The notes under the pieces are model-generated. The model was not told where the DNA came from. It was given only the letters and a program-made list of their open reading frames with translations, and did not search any database. 64,000 nt of DNA. Origin: the human T2T-CHM13v2.0 reference genome, Homo sapiens. The stretch lies in the NCBI RefSeq assembly GCF_009914755.1, contig NC_060947.1. One strand, 5' to 3'. This document shows, one piece after another, positions 39,909 through 53,903 of this stretch (the first letter of the stretch is position 1; each line of letters opens with the position of its first letter). Both the position numbers and the translations under genes were made by a program.

Positions 39909-40844
39909 TATTTTTACTTTTCTATTTACAGTTCTTATATTGCCTCACCCAGGATCATGGCTTTACATGCTACGTGTATTCTGATGCCCCCTGCCAGAGT
40001 TATATCTTCTGCTTAGACCCCTGTGCAGAACTCCTGATTCACATATCTAGCTACTCATTGAGCATCTACAACTGGATTTCTGTTAGATGTTGCAAAATTA
40101 ATCTGTCCAAAACCAAAGACCTGATTTTCCCAGCTAAATCTGCTCCTTTCATGTGTTTCCTTATTTCAGGAAATTACACTGCATTCCTTTCATTGCTCTG
40201 GCCAAAAAACTTGGAGCCACCCTTGTTTTTTCTCTCTCACGCCCCACATCAAACCCATTAGCAAATACCATTGGCTGTAATTTTATAATGTATCTGGAAT
40301 ATGACCACTTTATACTACACCCATTGATTTGACGTCAACGTTCTTATAATGAGCCACAGAGCTCTATTCCATGTGCCACTTTGCTCTGTGACCTCATATC
40401 CTACGACTTTCCTACCTAGTTTCATGGAATCTTGCCATATTATTCTCTTTTGTTGTTACTTACAGACAATAGGCATGTTATTGCCTTGTGGCTCTTGCTT
40501 GCATTAGCTGTTCTCTTATTTTGGAATGTTCTTCCTTTAGATATCTACATGGTTCATTTATTCACTTCCTTTACATATTTACTTAAATGTCAGTGAGACC
40601 TTCTCGAGCTACCTCATCTAAAATGGCAACTCCCACACCACCCTTCTTCTCCCTGGTATATTTTTCTCCATAGCCTTTTGCACCATCATCTAACGTCCTC
40701 TATATTCAACTTATATTGCCACTATGTGTCTCCTCTGCTACCATTTAAGCTCCAGGAGAGTAAGGATTATTGTTTATTTGTTTATTACTTTATCTCTAAG
40801 GTCTAGAAGAGCATCCGGTGTATAGTAAGCACATAATGAATATT

Positions 40845-41320
40845 TATATTAGTTAGGATCTAGATTTGGTTGCTAGAATAGAGACCCAAAGTTAAGAGTG
40901 GCTTAAACAAGATTAAAGTGTTTTTTTTTTCTCACATAACAGGCTTGATGTGAAAAATTAATGGCTGCTGTAAGTGATACACAGGGTCAGAGACTCAGAT
41001 TCCTTCTCTCTTATTATCCTCCTGTTTTTAATGTACTGAATCAGACAGCATGGTCCAACATGGCTCACCACTTCACTAAGTCTTTATTCCGGTGTGAAGC
41101 AAAGGGAAAAGAAGGAGGAGGTGACCCTTCCACTCACATCCCATTGTCCATATCTTTATCACACTGTCACACATTGTCTGAAAGGAGGATGAGGCGTAGA
41201 GCCTTTATTTCTGGGGATCCCTATGCACAACTAAATCAGGGGTTCTTTTACTTCAAAAGAAGGAAAGAATAATTAAAAAAAATAAAAGAAGGGATATTGG
41301 TGATCAACTAGCAATCTCTA
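40845..41320 (-). mobile_element. Old MLT1 (J/K/L-type) LTR
   Basis: tattagttaggat...ttggttgct...agagacccaaa...gtggcttaaacaagat...tctcacataaca; tccactcacatcccattg. Confidence 0.7.
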
Positions 41321-42972
41321 GATCTCTGCTATTGTACCCAATCAACGATCTAGGTAAATGGCCAAGGGGTTAATTAACATCGTTCAATCTGGATGGGTAC
41401 CTGGGTGTTTGTAATTCTTTTCTGTATCCTTGAAACGTTCCAAAATGGCAAATATAAATTTAAATATACATTTAAAAATATAAATATAAATTTAAAAGAA
41501 ACAAAATACACTTTTATTAAACTATAAGACGTTAGTATCTACCTGGGCACAAAAGATATTCCTGGCCACATGGCCCACGGTCCGTGCCTTTAGGCTGGTG
41601 GCAGTAGTGTACATAACATTTTATCTCCTCTGGAAATAAGCAATGAGCTTATTTATCCAGGTTTCATCAACTTATGATTTGCCTTCCTCTCCCTACCTTT
41701 CTATCTCGCACATTGACACTCTCTTTCCTCATGTAGCCCAACAGGAGATATTCTGCCATAAGGAGACCCTGTTTTTCTCCCACATGGGGCCTGGATGGAC
41801 CCTCTCTGCTCCTAGGGCACTAAGCCTTTCCTAAAATTTGGCAGCATTTTTAATCACAGGTTTAAAATACTCTAATAATTTATATTTCTTTAATCTCTTT
41901 CCTCTGAAATCTCTGTTTTGATAAAAAGCGTCTTTATTTCTTGTTTGTTTCCTAGAAATAAATTGTGGAATGGTTATGATGCTCCCTATTCACTTCAACC
42001 TCAGCCTGTTCCCAGTTAATTGATGTAATAACTCAAAATTGCATAAGTATTTTCAAAGCTATGTTTGTGTGTAGGAGGGATTGAGATCTGTGATTTAAAA
42101 TATCTACGCCTACTCAGAAACATACTATTATATTAAATTGAAAAGGAAAAAATTGGCCAGACACAACTGAAATTCCAGAGAGAGATTACAATAAATTCAC
42201 AAAGCCTGTGATGATAGCTGCACTAGTTTACTACTGCTACCACAAATCCCAAATGAAATATTTTACATATTCTTTATTTCTTATGATTCAATTTAATTGT
42301 AATTGTGGTGAGGGAGCAGGGCATACTTAGTGGTAAATATGGAAGGCTCAAAGTGAAAGTCATGAACTTTGATCAGTGATGTCCTGTCAACTGCGTTACT
42401 AACCAGAATGTCAAGTTACCCTGGCAGTTTTATTTTTCTTTATGCCTACAACTGAAGGAAGACTCAAAGAAAAAAAAAATGCAAAAGCTTCCTCAATGCT
42501 CATTTATCAGTTCTAGCAAAATCCTGTCCCTCCTGCCTGGTTTCATAAACTAATAGAACTCCGTTTAATGGCTTCATGTAGTTTGAGTTGATGTGTCATT
42601 TGACACCAAAATAATCTTGACTACTGAATCACTGTAATTGCAACCAAAAGCAACAAAAAGAAAAGGATTGATTCTATGTTTCAGTAATAGAGAGGGTACA
42701 TGAAAATTTCCAATCTCTAGCATTATATACATACAAATAAGTTATAATGTTTTGTTGTGCATGATATTCGTGGCCTTCAAAATGAATCAATAATTGAAAA
42801 ATCTTTGTGAAAAGGTAATTACTTTAATAATCTTTAAAAAATATTAAGCTCTCTCCTTTTCTTGCTCACTGCGGTGCTGACTAGGCATGTTCGTCCCCGC
42901 ATTCTCTTGCCACTGCTACTGTTTTGGTTCTTTTTATCTGCTACTACACTGACTTTGTTCTGCCTGCTAGGC

Positions 42973-42991
42973 TGTGTGTGTCTGTGCATGC

Positions 42992-43034
<43 letters not shown>
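42973..43034. repeat. (TG)n microsatellite
   Basis: Directly visible. Confidence 0.95.
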
Positions 43035-44105
43035 CAACAAGGAAGAAATCTCCTTACCTGCAGAACATTTCTCAGATTTACCTGCTTTATCCCATGCAGG
43101 TCCTACCTCTTTCCTATATATTAACCTATGGTCCTGCCCTGGAGAAAAGGGGGCTGGTTTCTTTGTAGGGGGCTAAAATACCTTAATTCCCTTGTGAATG
43201 AGAAAAGTTACAGCTTTCTGAGTTTTCCCACAATATAGGTTGTCTGAAATGTAATGAGCTAATCATTTTATGGAGATGTAGCCTACATCCAGTTAACAGT
43301 GTATAGTTACCCATCATGCCTCCATGCATTTTCTATCAGCCGTCCACCTCACCCCACATAAGGCCATTGTGTGAAATTGGAGCAAGAGGTTCCAACATAA
43401 AGGGAAAATAACACAGCAAGGAAAATAAAGCTGGGCAGGTGAGCTCAACACCCTCATGAGGATATGCTGCTTCCAGAGCCAAATGTGGAGGTTTTGGTTT
43501 TATTCCAGAAATTTCTGCTGCTGCCTTCAGAAGCCTAATACAGATATGAAGATGGACTTGCTCTTTGCATCCACCTTCAAATTATTTTATTCTTGCTCAG
43601 GCTTTCTCTGTAAAAATTATAAAATCTCTTAATAACATTTTGTGACTTGAAAATGGTAATGATAGATGATGTGGGGCTTATAATTCATGAAGAGGCCACT
43701 GTGTCCTCAGTTTTTTATTAAAAAGTAGCATCAACTGACAGAATTGCATGTTCATTGAGGCTTTAGAGAAACTACAATAAAGTGATGAAATAGCAGGCTG
43801 TTATTCCATTTACTGGTTATTTGTCAGTAGTTTTTGACATATGTTATGCATTCTGCATCCATGTGATAAATATTTTGACTACACAGATTCTTTATAAGAT
43901 ATAATCTTATTTTTAAATAAATGTAAATATAATTTTTAAATTTTAAAAATTATGTTAAATGCAACTATTTGCAATTTTATTTTCCTTTGACATACACAGA
44001 GTTTCTCAGAAATATTACAGAACTAAATTTATACATACCAAGATTGATGCTCAGTATGTCTTGGTAGCTCATCTGTTACCCCTTAAAAATGTTCCAGTTT
44101 TTAAA

Positions 44106-44321
44106 GCCAGGTGTGGCGGCTCACGCCTGTTATCCCAGCACGTTGGGAGGCTAAGGTGGATGGATTCCTTGAGCCCAGGAGTTCAAGACCACCCTGGGCA
44201 ACATGGTCAATCCCCTTCTTTACCAAAAATACAAAAAATAGCCAGGCATGGCAGACACCTGTAGTCTCTGCTACTCTGGAAGCTGAAGTCAGAGGATCGC
44301 CGGAGCCAAGGAGGTCGAGGC
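44106..44321 (+). mobile_element. AluJ, 3'-truncated at an L1 junction
   Basis: ttgagcccaggagttcaagacc..ctgggcaaca and gaggtcgaggc are J diagnostics. Confidence 0.88.
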
Positions 44322-45792
44322 AATCCTAAGCAAAAAGAACAAAGCTGGAGGCATCATGCTACCTAGCTTCAAACTATACAGAATGGCTACAGTAACCAAA
44401 ACATGATGATACTGGTACAAAAACAGGCACATAGACCAATGGAACGGAACAGAGAACCCAGAAATAAGACTGCACACCCACAACTATCTGATGTTTGAAA
44501 AACCTGACAAAAACAAGCAATGGGGAAAGACTCCTTATTTAATAAATGGTGTTGGGATAACTGGTTAACCATATGAAGAAGATTGAAACCAGACCCCTTC
44601 TTACACCATATACAGAAATGAACTCAAGAGGGATTAAACACTTAAATGTAAAACCCAAACTATGCAAAAACTGATAGACAACCTAGGCAATACCATTTAG
44701 GACATAGGCATGTGCACAGATTTGATGAAGAAGATGACAAAAGCAATTGCAATAAAGCAAAAATTGACCAATGGGATCTAGTTAAACTAAAGAGCTTCAG
44801 CACAAGAAGAGAAACTATCAACAGAATAAACAGAACACCTACAGAATGGGAGAAAATTTTTTCAAACTATACATCCAACAAAGGTCAAATATCCAGCATC
44901 TATAAGGAACTTAAACAAATTTACACACAAAAGAAAAACACCAAACAACCACATAAAAAAAGGTGGGCAAAAGATATGAACAGACACTTTTTAAAAGAAG
45001 ACATACATGTGGCCAACAATCAGATAATAAAATGCTCAACATCACTGATCATTAGAAACATGGAAAGCAAAACTGCAATGAGATACCATCTCACAGCAGT
45101 CAGAGTGACTATCATTAAAAAGTCAAAAAATAACAGATGTTGGCAAGGTTGTGGAGTAAAAGAAATGCTTATACACTGTTGGTGGGAGTGTAAATTAGTT
45201 CAGCAATTATGGAAGACAGTGTGGCGATTCCTCAAAGACAGAAATACCATTCAATCTAGTGATCCTATTACTGGGTATATACCCAAAGAAATATAAATCG
45301 TTCTATTATAAAGACACATGCATGCATATGTTCATTGCAGCACTATTCACAATAGCAAAGACATGGAATCAACCCAAATGCCCATCAATGATAGACTGGA
45401 TAAAGAAAATGTGGTACATATACACTGTGGAATACCATGCAGCCATAAAAAAGTATGAGACCATGTTCTTTGCAGGGACATGGATGGCGCTGGATGCCAT
45501 TATCCTTAGCAAACTGACATAGGAACAGAAAACCAAATATCGCATGTTCTCACAAGTGGGAGCTAAACGATGAGAACACATGAACACATAGAGGGAAATG
45601 ACACATACTGGGGCCTTTTGTAGGATGGATGGTGGGAGGAGGGACAGGACCAAAAAAAAAACAACAACTAATGGATACTAGGCTTAATACCTTGGTGATG
45701 AAATAATCTATACAACAAACTCCCATGATACAAGTTTACCTATGAAACAAACCTGCACTTGTACCCCTGAACTTAAAATAAAAGTTAAAAAG
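44318..45792 (+). mobile_element. 5'-truncated L1PA (about L1PA12-15) with an intact 3' end
   Basis: [15 protein letters not shown]; [20 protein letters not shown]; MFIAALFTIAKTWNQPKCPS; 3'UTR ending cccctgaacttaaaataaaagttaaaa. Confidence 0.93.
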
Positions 45793-45866
45793 AGTGAGAG
45801 AGATATATATATATATAGTTTATACATGTGATATATATATAAAAATATAAATATGTATTATATATG

Positions 45867-46092
45867 CACCACTCTGCCTCTGCTGGTGAAGGAGTAGGGA
45901 TGGTGTAATTCAAGACTGTTTTCCTACCTCTTCAGTACCTCTTTCAGTGCTATGAAGATAAAACTGTGCACTGTGAGTGCTCACCTGATTTTTGTTTCTT
46001 ATGAAGGTGGCTTTTTTGTGTAGATAGTTGTTAATTTTGTGTCCTTGTGAGGGGGACGACCAGTGGAGCCTTCTATTCTGTCATCTTCCTCT
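45867..46092 (-). mobile_element. Orphan extreme 5' end (about 225 bp) of an L1MA-type element
   Basis: Highly similar to 8940-9163 (cctacctcttcagt.cctctttcagtg; ctgtgagtgctcacct; cagtggagccttct). Confidence 0.88.
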
Positions 46093-46529
46093 GCTACAAG
46101 TTCTTTGTGTGTCTCTGTTTCACCAAATTAAAAATTAAAATGTGATTCATGGAAGCTTAAACAGTCCTAAAATTCAATAAATGTGTGCCACTTCCTGCAC
46201 CATGTTACCATATTAAAATTGACATTACTCAGTATACACATGACAGTGATTTTGGAGGTGGAAAACTGAGTAGATAGGGTAGCCCAGTAGACACAGGAAG
46301 TGGATGAGAGGCAGGAAAACCCACAGAGAGAAGAGTCACTAGATGACTCACAAAAGTAGTGGTTGTTTCCCTTATCTTGGTTTGTGCTTGTCTCTGGTGG
46401 AAAATTATATACCTAAGGAGCTACTGTGAGAGACAGAGGCTCAGGTGAAGAATTGCCTTGTCTAGAAAGGTGACATTTTTACTAAAGTGATCAAGAAGAC
46501 ATGCCTCAAAAGTGCCAAGTCTTAGAACA

Positions 46530-46725
46530 AGCAGTGGTGTAATGAGAAAAGTGGGCAGCTTAATAGGAACAAGAAAATCCAGGATTCAGTGGTTTGAACC
46601 TGATTAAGACATTTAACTTCTTTGAACATCTATTTCCTCTTGTAAAATGGGAGTAATACCTGCTTTGCAAGATTGTTGTGTGAATTAAAAATGATTAAAG
46701 TCCCTAATATAGTGTCTGGTACAGT
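46530..46725 (+). mobile_element. MIR
   Basis: atttaacttctttgaacatctatttcctcttgtaaaatgggagtaatacc...gattgttgtgtgaattaaa. Confidence 0.75.
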
Positions 46726-47864
46726 GATTATTCCCATGAAAAAGTAGTTATTATTTAAAACCATGCCAGAGACTCTATAAGCAGCAGAAACAACATGGGA
46801 AGAATACAAACCCATTCCAGGAGGTTACTAAAAAGATAAAATGTTGACTAAATAATATCGCCGCTATCAGAGAAGGTAAAATCTGTGTCTTAGAGTGATT
46901 TATTTTCTGAGCTTTCTACTTCAGTTGTGTGTTTTAGTCCATCCAGCAGTTTATTTATAGGATTTTTTTATACCTTTTTTCTGGTATACATTTTGTCTCA
47001 CCAAAGGATCTTGCAACTCTTCAGGCCAAGTTCACCATTAGCAGTGCAAAAGTACCTGGAGTTGCCTCAGTAACTCTACCCTTTACTTATGGCTGGTGCA
47101 GTATATCTGCTTCAGTTACTAGTTCTAGTTATTCAGCCAACCTCATGAGGCCTGACGATTGACATGGATTTTGGAAGTCTACGTGATGTGACCCTCTAGT
47201 ATTTATGTCCTCTTAACACTTATTGTTTATCTGACCTCTTGCCCAAACTCATTTAATGAGTTCAAGTTTCTTTCTGTTCCCTTCAATTCCATTGCTGCCT
47301 ACAATCCAGCATGGCACTGAGATAGTAAATTAGTCCAACTAACTTTAAACACCTGAGTCACAAACTTGTTCAACCTCCAGATATCAATGGCAAACGAAAA
47401 TACTGAGAGGATGATTTATTGTTAGGCCAGTGGTAAAAATTTTTTACACGCTTTGGTTTTGTCTGAGCAACAGTTCTATTATCTCTCCAGTAAATTATAG
47501 AGCTTTTCTGCACTGAGCAAAATGGGTATATTGTTCTCATTTAGACACTTTTAACTAGAAATCTCACTCAAAATAGGCTCTTAAATAAGCCTGTTTGAAC
47601 CATTTATGAAAAAGACATAAGAACATCATTTTGTCATATATATATATCTTCTCATTTCCATTTTTTTCTATACAGGAGCTAATTTGAGTTATTTCTTGAT
47701 AATTTAACAACGTATTTCTGATGTGGACTTTTTAGGTCATTTATAACACATTTATTCTCTACTGGAAAACTTTTACCCACTGCTTACATTACATTTGTCT
47801 TCAGAAATAATGTCTGCTGATCCTAGGAAAAAATGGCTTGGATTAAGATGGAAAAGAGAAAAGC

Positions 47865-48418
47865 AGCCAGTGACATCCAGATGCTGGACTGATACGATCA
47901 CTGTCTGTGCATTGCCACAAGACAGTATTGCATTCATTGCTAGGCCTTGGTATTCTCCTTTTGAACATAAACAATGTCACAGAACATCAAACAAGGCCAC
48001 TCTTTGACCGTGATGGATCAAGACAAAAAGACAATTTCGTAATCATTACTGAACACTAGCAAAACACGAACATAGTCCAAGTTAAAAAACATCAAACATT
48101 CTCCTACCCTGGCTGATATGAATGGCTGATGCTTCTTTACTAATTACAGCTTTAGCCTCACTCTGGTCTACCTTCCCTATAGATCAGATTTATTAAAATA
48201 TCCAATCATAGAATTAGCCCACTTCCTAACAGCATCCAATCCAGAGTGAAACCCTCATTCCTTAAACCTTCCTCAAAATAATCTAACATGAGCGCAAATT
48301 AAGTTCTTTCTATGATAAGTCCTTTCTATGGTTCACATTCTTCCTTCCTGCTGTCAGTAATAAATACAACTTAATTAATTACATGTTCCTAGTGGTCTTT
48401 GCTTGGAGGGCATTGACA
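47865..48418 (+). mobile_element. ERV1 solo LTR, MER67-like
   Basis: acaaggccactct..gaccgtgatggatcaagacaaaa; AATAAA at 48359; ends ggagggcattgaca. The 5' boundary is approximate. Confidence 0.6.
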
Positions 48419-50283
48419 GAAATGGAGGTTATCCTAAGATTTAGCTGATGTACTACTCTCTGCTTTGAACCAGGAACCTCTACTCAGTCATAATATGTAT
48501 ATCGGAGATTCCATGTGTTTCTTTCTGTTTGATATTCGACCTTTCCCATGGCTAAAAAGCAAATTCATTATGAATTAAGCTCTACTATTTCACTGAAGCT
48601 CTTCAACATTGGGTTTGTTTTATTTTCCTAGGAATACAATGAGGTCAGTTGGAATAATTATGTTACCTGATGAGACGTGTATTATTCCTCGGTAGATTGT
48701 TTTGAAGCTTTATAACACGTGCTCCTGTGTTCTGTCTGCTGTTCTAGTGTCTTGAATGATGTTTGTCCATAAGAAGAAAAGTCTATGGAAAGAAGACAAG
48801 TATAAGTCCAACAAGTCATCCTTGACCTGGTCCCAGGGGTTGAGGTATTCAGAATCTCTCCTCAGACAAGGGTCCTTGGGACAATCTTTATCATGGGTCA
48901 TCATTATGAAATCGGAAAAGGACCTCCTCCTCAGTCCTGCCTTTGTTTTCCAGAGAATTGTTCTATTTAGTTCCAGCTTCCCAGAATCAGGAGGTCTTGT
49001 TTGGCCTCTGATTGGTGATGATCTTTAGCTAAACCCTGGATTCACTTTAGCTAAACACCTTTAGCTAAACATGGGATTCACTAAGTTACAAAAACACTGT
49101 TCTTACAGATTGTTCAGTTTTCATGGGATATTCTACATCTAAAACTGTGCCTTTTATAGGCTGAATACCTGCTTCCTTCATGTTTTCTTATTAGAAGGCT
49201 AAATTGTATGCTTATTTTTCTAACTGGAACCATTGCATCAGGGACAAGGTGGAGTAGTAGTAGCCACTTTGGTGGAGCTTTTGACATGACCAAAATTGTT
49301 CATGTGAGGAGTGCCTTAGAATAAAAGCAAATAAACTCTCATGAGGAGACTGTTGTGTCTGTCTGAAAGAGACATCATTTTGTTTAATGTGACAGACTTA
49401 CCCTTTTTTTCTGTACATTAAAGATTAATAAGTGCCGGCTTTTTAAATGTATGACTTAAAATTGTCAAGGGCCCAACTCATGTCAAAACTGGCTGGATGA
49501 TATTCTCATTTGTGTGTGTATATGTCAAATCTCTTTTTCTACATCTAAACTTTCTTTCCTCTCTTTGCAGAAATAACATAATTGGCCTTTTACAATGATA
49601 ATTTCATATGTATCTGAAGCTTCCTTCCTGTCATAATAATTTCATATTTGTCTGGAGCTGGCTCTCTCATTTTTTCTTTCCCCTCCCTTATGAAACTTTA
49701 AAGATTATCTGATCAAAAAATGATTCACTTGTTTTTGTGCACTCTAAGAAAATGTAATCTAGGTAATCAATATTGTCTAAAAAATGAAAACAATAAAGCA
49801 AATATATTAAACAGTGTTTCTTTTTGTGGACACTGAAAAGTATATTTACATAATACCCTTTGTTGCTATAGCTATGAGATAAATAAGAAAGGGCTTTAGT
49901 TTCAAGATAAAATAAGACATTTGGCATGATTCAGAGTTTTCATAGTATTAGTTTGCCACACACAAATAATGTTAGCAAAATATTTTGGTTCATTCAAGAC
50001 CAGGGTTAATTTCCTTGCAATTCAAAATTGTATATTTCCCACATTGATTTAATGAGTTAAAAAAAGTTACTGTTTTCACAAATTGTTTAAAATTAAAAAT
50101 TATATATATAAAATTAAGCAATTATGTATAATAATGGATATATTCTAAAAGGTTTAATTTTATGAAAATCTGGACAATTTAAAAAATAGACACAACATAC
50201 TGGTTACTACACATTTTAATTATTTCTTAAAATGACAACAGACTAAATAGAATAACAACAAAAATACAAATGATTTTGGATGA

Positions 50284-50710
50284 TATCTTAGTCCGTTGGC
50301 GGTGCTATAAGGGAATACTCCAGACTGGGTAATTAATTTATGTAAAAAAGAGGTTTATTTGGCTCAAGATTCTGCCAGCTGTACAAGAAGCATGGTGCCA
50401 GTATCTGTTTCCAGTGAGGCCTCAGGAGCTTTCACTCATTGCAGAAGGCAAGCTTCAGCCAGCGTGTAGAGATCACATGGCAAGAGATAAGCAAGAGAGA
50501 GCAAGGGGAGGGGTGCCATGCTTTTTTAACAACCAGTTCTCACAAGAACTTATACAGTGAGAACTCACTCATTACCACGGGGAGGGCACCAAGCCATTCA
50601 TGAGGGATCCTACATCATGACCCAAACACCACCCACTAGACCCAACATCCAAAATTGAGGATCACACTTCAACATGAAGTTTGGAGAAGACAGACATCCA
50701 AACTATATCA
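50284..50710 (-). mobile_element. MSTB-type solo LTR
   Basis: Perfect 5-bp TSD GATGA (50279-83 / 50711-15). Confidence 0.92.
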
Positions 50711-51249
50711 GATGATATTTTAAACACCCATGTATGTGCATATTCATTCAAACATTCAATTGTTTTTGCCTCTAAACAATTGCTAAAATAATCCAAAATA
50801 TTTATTCATGGAAAAATAAACATCAAAATATTTCTTGATTGTTTTATATTCTCTAGTATTTCTTGGTCTGAAGAAAAAAAACATTGATTATGTTGGTTAA
50901 AGATTATAATTACCATAAAGGGTTAATTATTTAGGTCAGTAATTGTAGAAAAATATAAATATGTATACAAGGCAATCAATATCAGTTTGTTTTTCATAAA
51001 AGTTGCCAGTATATTCAGAAGGTAAATCTAACATAACATATAGATTTATTTAATATTTTGATAAATTATATTTTAAAAGCCATAGTTAAAAGCTTTAAAA
51101 TTTTACATATTTGTACATGTATACATATGTGGTACCTAAATACATATATATCAAACTATATTAACAAAGTATTTACTGCAAGTTGTTCCATGCATCACAT
51201 ACAAAATTGCAAAATTGAGGCAGAGTACTAAGATTATAAACCAAAAATA

Positions 51250-51460
51250 GAGAAAGTTTCAAGGAGAAATAAGGCTGTTCATGCATCAAAAGAGCAGAGA
51301 AACCTAGAAAAATAAGAACTAAAAATATTGTGTCTTGCAATATCATGGTCACTGGTGATATTTGAAAATGCAGATTCATTACAGTGATAGGAGTTGAAAT
51401 TGCACTGAATTGTGGAGTATGTGGGAAATAAGAACATGTAGATAAAATATAAATTCGTCT
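51250..51460 (-). mobile_element. L2 fragment
   Basis: aaataagaactaaaaa...gcaatatcatggtcactggtga...ttacagtg. Confidence 0.6.
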
Positions 51461-51466
51461 TTCTAG

Positions 51467-51772
51467 GGCCGGGCATGGTTGCTCACGCCTGTGATGGTAG
51501 CAGTTTGGGAGGCTGAGGTGGGTGGATCACCTTAGCTCAGGAGTTTGAGGCAAGCCTGGGTAACATGGCAAAACCCCGTCTCTGCAAAAGATACAAAAAT
51601 TAGCTGGGCTTGGTTTTGTATGCGTGTAGTCTCAGCTACTCAGGAGGCTGAGGCAGGAGAATCACTTGAGCCTGAAAAGCAGAGGGTTCAGTGAGCTTAG
51701 AGATTGTGCCACTGCACTCTAGCCTGAGCAACAGAAAAAGAGACCCTGTCTCAATTAAAATAAATAAAAAAA
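51467..51772 (+). mobile_element. Alu (AluJb/Sz-like)
   Basis: Full diverged dimer with an A-rich tail, followed by (TAGA)n/(TG)n. Confidence 0.9.
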
Positions 51773-52202
51773 TGTAGATAGGTAGGTAGATAGATAGATG
51801 GATGATAGGTAGATATACATATGTGTGTGCATGTGTGTGTGTGTGTGTGTGTATGTATGTTTCTAAAAGATACTTTGATATTAGGAAGGTAGAGAAAGCA
51901 TAGTAGTTAGAAGTTGATATCAAATGTATAGTGTAAGCAGTATTAATTATTGCTCCTTCAGGCTAATGTAAAAATGTAATTATGGGCCCTATTCAAAATC
52001 TCTGTTCTGCTTATATGGGGTATACCTGATAATATAAGTTCACCTTTATTTAAAAATTCAGAAATTTAATCATCCATATAGCAATATACAGTTTACAAAG
52101 CACCATTACAACTGCTACAAAGTGTCTTAAGATATTGGCGGGAGTTGTGTAACTACTTTGTCACTGTGTTCTGGCTCCAGTTCTGGAGATGACATTTTGT
52201 AT

Positions 52203-53143
<941 letters not shown>

Positions 53144-53903
53144 ATTACTGCATTTTTTTTTCTAAAATCTTTCAGAGTAAGCATTTTAGAAGAAAATAAG
53201 TCCTTGGTCGCAGGTTTCCTCTGATCTCTGATGGCCAGCCAAGATAGTTTATTCCTAGACAGATAGGTCATCCCATGTTATTAGGAAAACTCATTTTTAG
53301 CAGGTTATGAAGTCTCACATTCTACAAAGAGAAAACAGGGGGAGGAAGGGAGAAAAAACAACAACAAACAAAAAACAGAATAATCCTGGAAAATCGATAT
53401 AGGCCATATTACTCTGAAGTCCATACATCAGTAGGCAGGTATGAAAGTGGCTTGTGTATGTAAATAGGTTGCTGTTATTTTCTTCTGAAGTTTAAGTTGT
53501 CTCATTTCAGTTCTCAGGGCTTCAAGAAAACACAGCTTAGTTTTCTGTGATTTCAAATTATGAAAAATGGGGTGAGGAAGAAAAAAAGAAAAAAATGAAA
53601 ATATTATTTTGGAGTCTTGTAGCCAGGGAAATTTTAAAATTCAGTCCAAACTGTGGAAAATAATAAAAATTTAAAAACATTAGGCAAGACTAGAATCTAA
53701 AAACAGGTGTCCTATAGTTTATTTTGAAACATAATTTCTCTCTCCAGTCCCTTTTTCACTAAAGACAAATCATAGAAAAAGTTCATTTGCAAAATAAATT
53801 TTAGTCTTATTATACTTGGCTGGAGTATTTGCATAAGATCAGCAAAAATAATTATTTGTCATATGGTCTCCTCATTTTTAAAAATTAGTTTGCTATAACT
53901 TTA

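Noticed and set aside
42862-43176. Hydrophobic 104-aa ORF resembling a membrane peptide
   Set aside because: Starts at TTG rather than ATG, and its composition is driven by T-rich sequence and (TG)n.
44712-45522. 194 and 87 aa ORFs
   Set aside because: Frameshifted L1 ORF2 C-terminus in a 5'-truncated copy.
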